Shown: positions 61,718 through 64,000 of the stretch, in pieces
How the letters are laid out: each line of letters starts with the position of its first letter
Numbering within the stretch: position 1 is the first letter of the stretch
DNA from: an uncultured Spirochaetota bacterium
Lineage (GTDB): Bacteria; Spirochaetota; UBA4802; UBA5550
Reading direction: 5' to 3'
Assembly: GCA_963827275.1 (NCBI GenBank)
Contig: CAWHAA010000007.1
Span: 277,020-341,019, forward strand
Length of the DNA: 64,000 bases
Notes under the pieces: generated by a model
The model's input: only the letters and a program-made list of their open reading frames with translations
Databases searched by the model: none
Told to the model about the DNA's origin: nothing
Made by a program: the position numbers and the translations under genes

Positions 61718-63981
61718 ATGATTGCATCTGCACTGTCATTTCTAGCCGGACTCTTATTGGTTCAGCAATTCTCATTATTGCCTGGGAGTCTATGGCTGAT
61801 TGTCGTCGCCTCGGCAGCCGGCATTATGGCATGGTTGCGTTATTGGCGGTGGCTGTTTTTTGTCATGGGTATGTTATGGGCAATCCTGTTTGCAATGACC
61901 CGGTTAGATGACCGGTTGCCTGGCTCTTTGGAAGGCATTGATATTCCGGTAAAAGGGGTTATTGCCGATTTGCCGGAGCAGGATGAAAGACGGACGAGTT
62001 TTGACTTTATTGTCAGCGAGTCAGGTTCGAAATTGCCCTCCAAATTAAGATTAAGCTGGTATTATCCCGATCAAGACATTAAGGCAGGCCAGCACTGGTC
62101 TTTTGCCGTCAAGTTGAAGCGGCCTCATGGCAGTTTGAATCCGGGCGGATTTGATTATGAACGCTGGTTATTTATCAAAGGGGTGGGGGCGACTGGCTAT
62201 GTGCGGCCAAGTCCAAAACCTGTTTTGCTCGGACGCGATTCGGCCTGGACGCAGCATAGCTGTTTGGCGGCAAAGCATTACCGAGCGCTTGGCACTGACC
62301 TTGAAAGACGAAACCAATCTCGCGCTGATTAAGGCGCTGACCATTGGTGATGGCAACAGTATCTCGCAACACCAATGGGACGTTTTTCGTAAAACCGGTA
62401 CGACGCATTTGGTGGTCATTTCCGGTTCACACGTTGGTTTGGTTGCCGGCCTGGTTTATTTTTTGGTGCTTAAGCTGTGGGCTTGGACAGGACGGCTGGC
62501 GTGGTCGCCACAACGCGTCGCCGCCGTTGCGGCAATGCTCGTAGCCGTCTTTTACGCGGGGTTAGCGGGGTTTTCAGTGCCGGCACAACGTTCGGTGATC
62601 ATGCTCGCCATCGTTATGCTGGCCATTATTCTGCAGCGCAATAATCGCCCGTTTAATACCTTGGCCGTTGCCCTGGTTGCGGTGTTAGCCATTGATCCCC
62701 TGGCGGTTTTATCAGCGGGTTTCTGGCTATCCTTTCTCGCGGTGAGTGTGATTGTTTACGCGGTTGCCGGACGCTTGGGAAAGCCCGGTTATTTTCTTGA
62801 AGTCATAAAAATCAATTGGGCGACCTCGGTGGGATTGGCGCCGTTGTTATTATTATTTTTCCAACAGGTTTCGCTCATCTCGCCCCTGGCTAATTTTATT
62901 GCTGTGCCGGTCATCAGTCTGCTGGTGGTGCCGTTGTCATTGCTGGCTGTCCTGGTCATGTTTGTTTCGCCGCTCGTAGCGAACAAACTTTTTATTATAG
63001 CCGACACGACGTTGCAAGGCTTATGGTGGCTATTAGTGCACTTGGCAGAACTGCCATTGGCAACAATAAATCAGTCGCAACCCTCAATTTGGGCATTAGT
63101 GTTCGCTATACCCGGCATTTTACTATTGCTGGCACCCGTTGGAATTCCGGCACGCTGGTTAAGCCTGGTGATGTTTTTACCCCTGGTTTTTACGGAGCCC
63201 AAACACCCTGAAACAGGTGCTATCAGGATGACCCTGCTGGATGTCGGACAAGGCTTGTCGGTGGTCGTGCAAACCGCCCATCATTGGATGGTTTACGATA
63301 CGGTGCGAAATTTTCAGCCGACAGTGATATGGGGCAGAGAGCGCTATTGCCTTTCCTGCGATTGCAAGGCGCAGACAAAATAGACAAATTAATCATTAGT
63401 CACGGCGATAACGATCATATAGGTGGTGCGGTTTCCTTAATGCGAGGCATACCGACAGCACAAGTGCTGACCAGTGTTCCAGAGCAGTTAAGCGAGTATT
63501 CGCCGGACAGGTGCGCGACCGGAACAATCCTGGACATGGGACAATGTCAGGTTCACTCTGTTATCGCCACCCCAGGTGTTTGCTTCCGAAAACGATAACT
63601 CCTGTGTGCTAAAAATCCAATCTGATCAGGGCGCCATGCTGTTGACGGGCGACATAGAGGCGCTGGCAGATTCCTGGTTGATAGAGACCTATGGCAATAA
63701 CTTAAAAGCCAAGGTCTTAATTGCGCCCCATCATGGCAGCAAAACGTCATCCACTCAGGGCTTTCTGCATGTGATTGAACCTGAATATGTGTTGATACCC
63801 GCGGGTTACCGTAATCAATTCGGTCATCCCCATCAAGATGTCTTGCTGCGCTATCAGCAAATAAAAGCAAAGTGGCTAACAAGCGCTGACAGTGGCGCAA
63901 TTACGATAAGCGTGAAGAACGGTTCATGGGTCGTGCAGCCGATGCGTGATACGAGACAGTAAATATTGGAATTTTAAATAA
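61718..63981 (+). CDS. comEC: DNA uptake competence protein ComEC/Rec2 (several frameshifts)
   Basis: 'NPGGFDYE', 'TGTTHLVVISGSHV', 'GFWLSF', 'LDVGQG', 'SHGDNDHIGG', 'PHHGSKTSS', 'FGHPH', C-terminal KYWNFK. Confidence 0.88.
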
Positions 63982-64000
63982 GAATTTTTGGTTCAAGTTG

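Overview
The window appears to join two unrelated genomes at about 28,620. The left part (1-28.6 kb) is GC-rich and Spirochaetota/Leptospirae-like. It carries a giant Ig-repeat lipoprotein with an identical 291-bp tandem block, an ELWxxDGT lipoprotein, LipL45/FecR-like and beta-barrel envelope genes, and a deoxyhypusine-synthase-like + ornithine decarboxylase operon with a structured leader. It also has STAS, nitroreductase, class II photolyase and arfB genes, an ankyrin-M23 hybrid, and a pseudo-phosphatase/Cache/SiaC-like sensor. The right part (28.6-64 kb) is gammaproteobacterial, probably Methylococcales-like. It carries two P-type ATPases flanking an IS4-family element nested in a REP/MITE, a CNNM/CorC gene, a PtuA/PtuB (Septu)-like pair, mdtABC, trxC and slyD. 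Further on are a PEP-CTERM locus with enhancer/IHF/sigma54 architecture, a second RND pump, a nitroreductase, bamE, fur, lolC/E, lolD, DUF2062 and comEC. Many large genes carry single-base frameshifts, probably long-read errors. The best candidate for an undescribed system is 20593-24441: a winged-HTH/longin-like/TM/BON/OmpA protein, a Rab-like GTPase and a PAS-PP2C phosphatase in one coupled operon. Family assignments come from motif recognition by eye; no searches were run.
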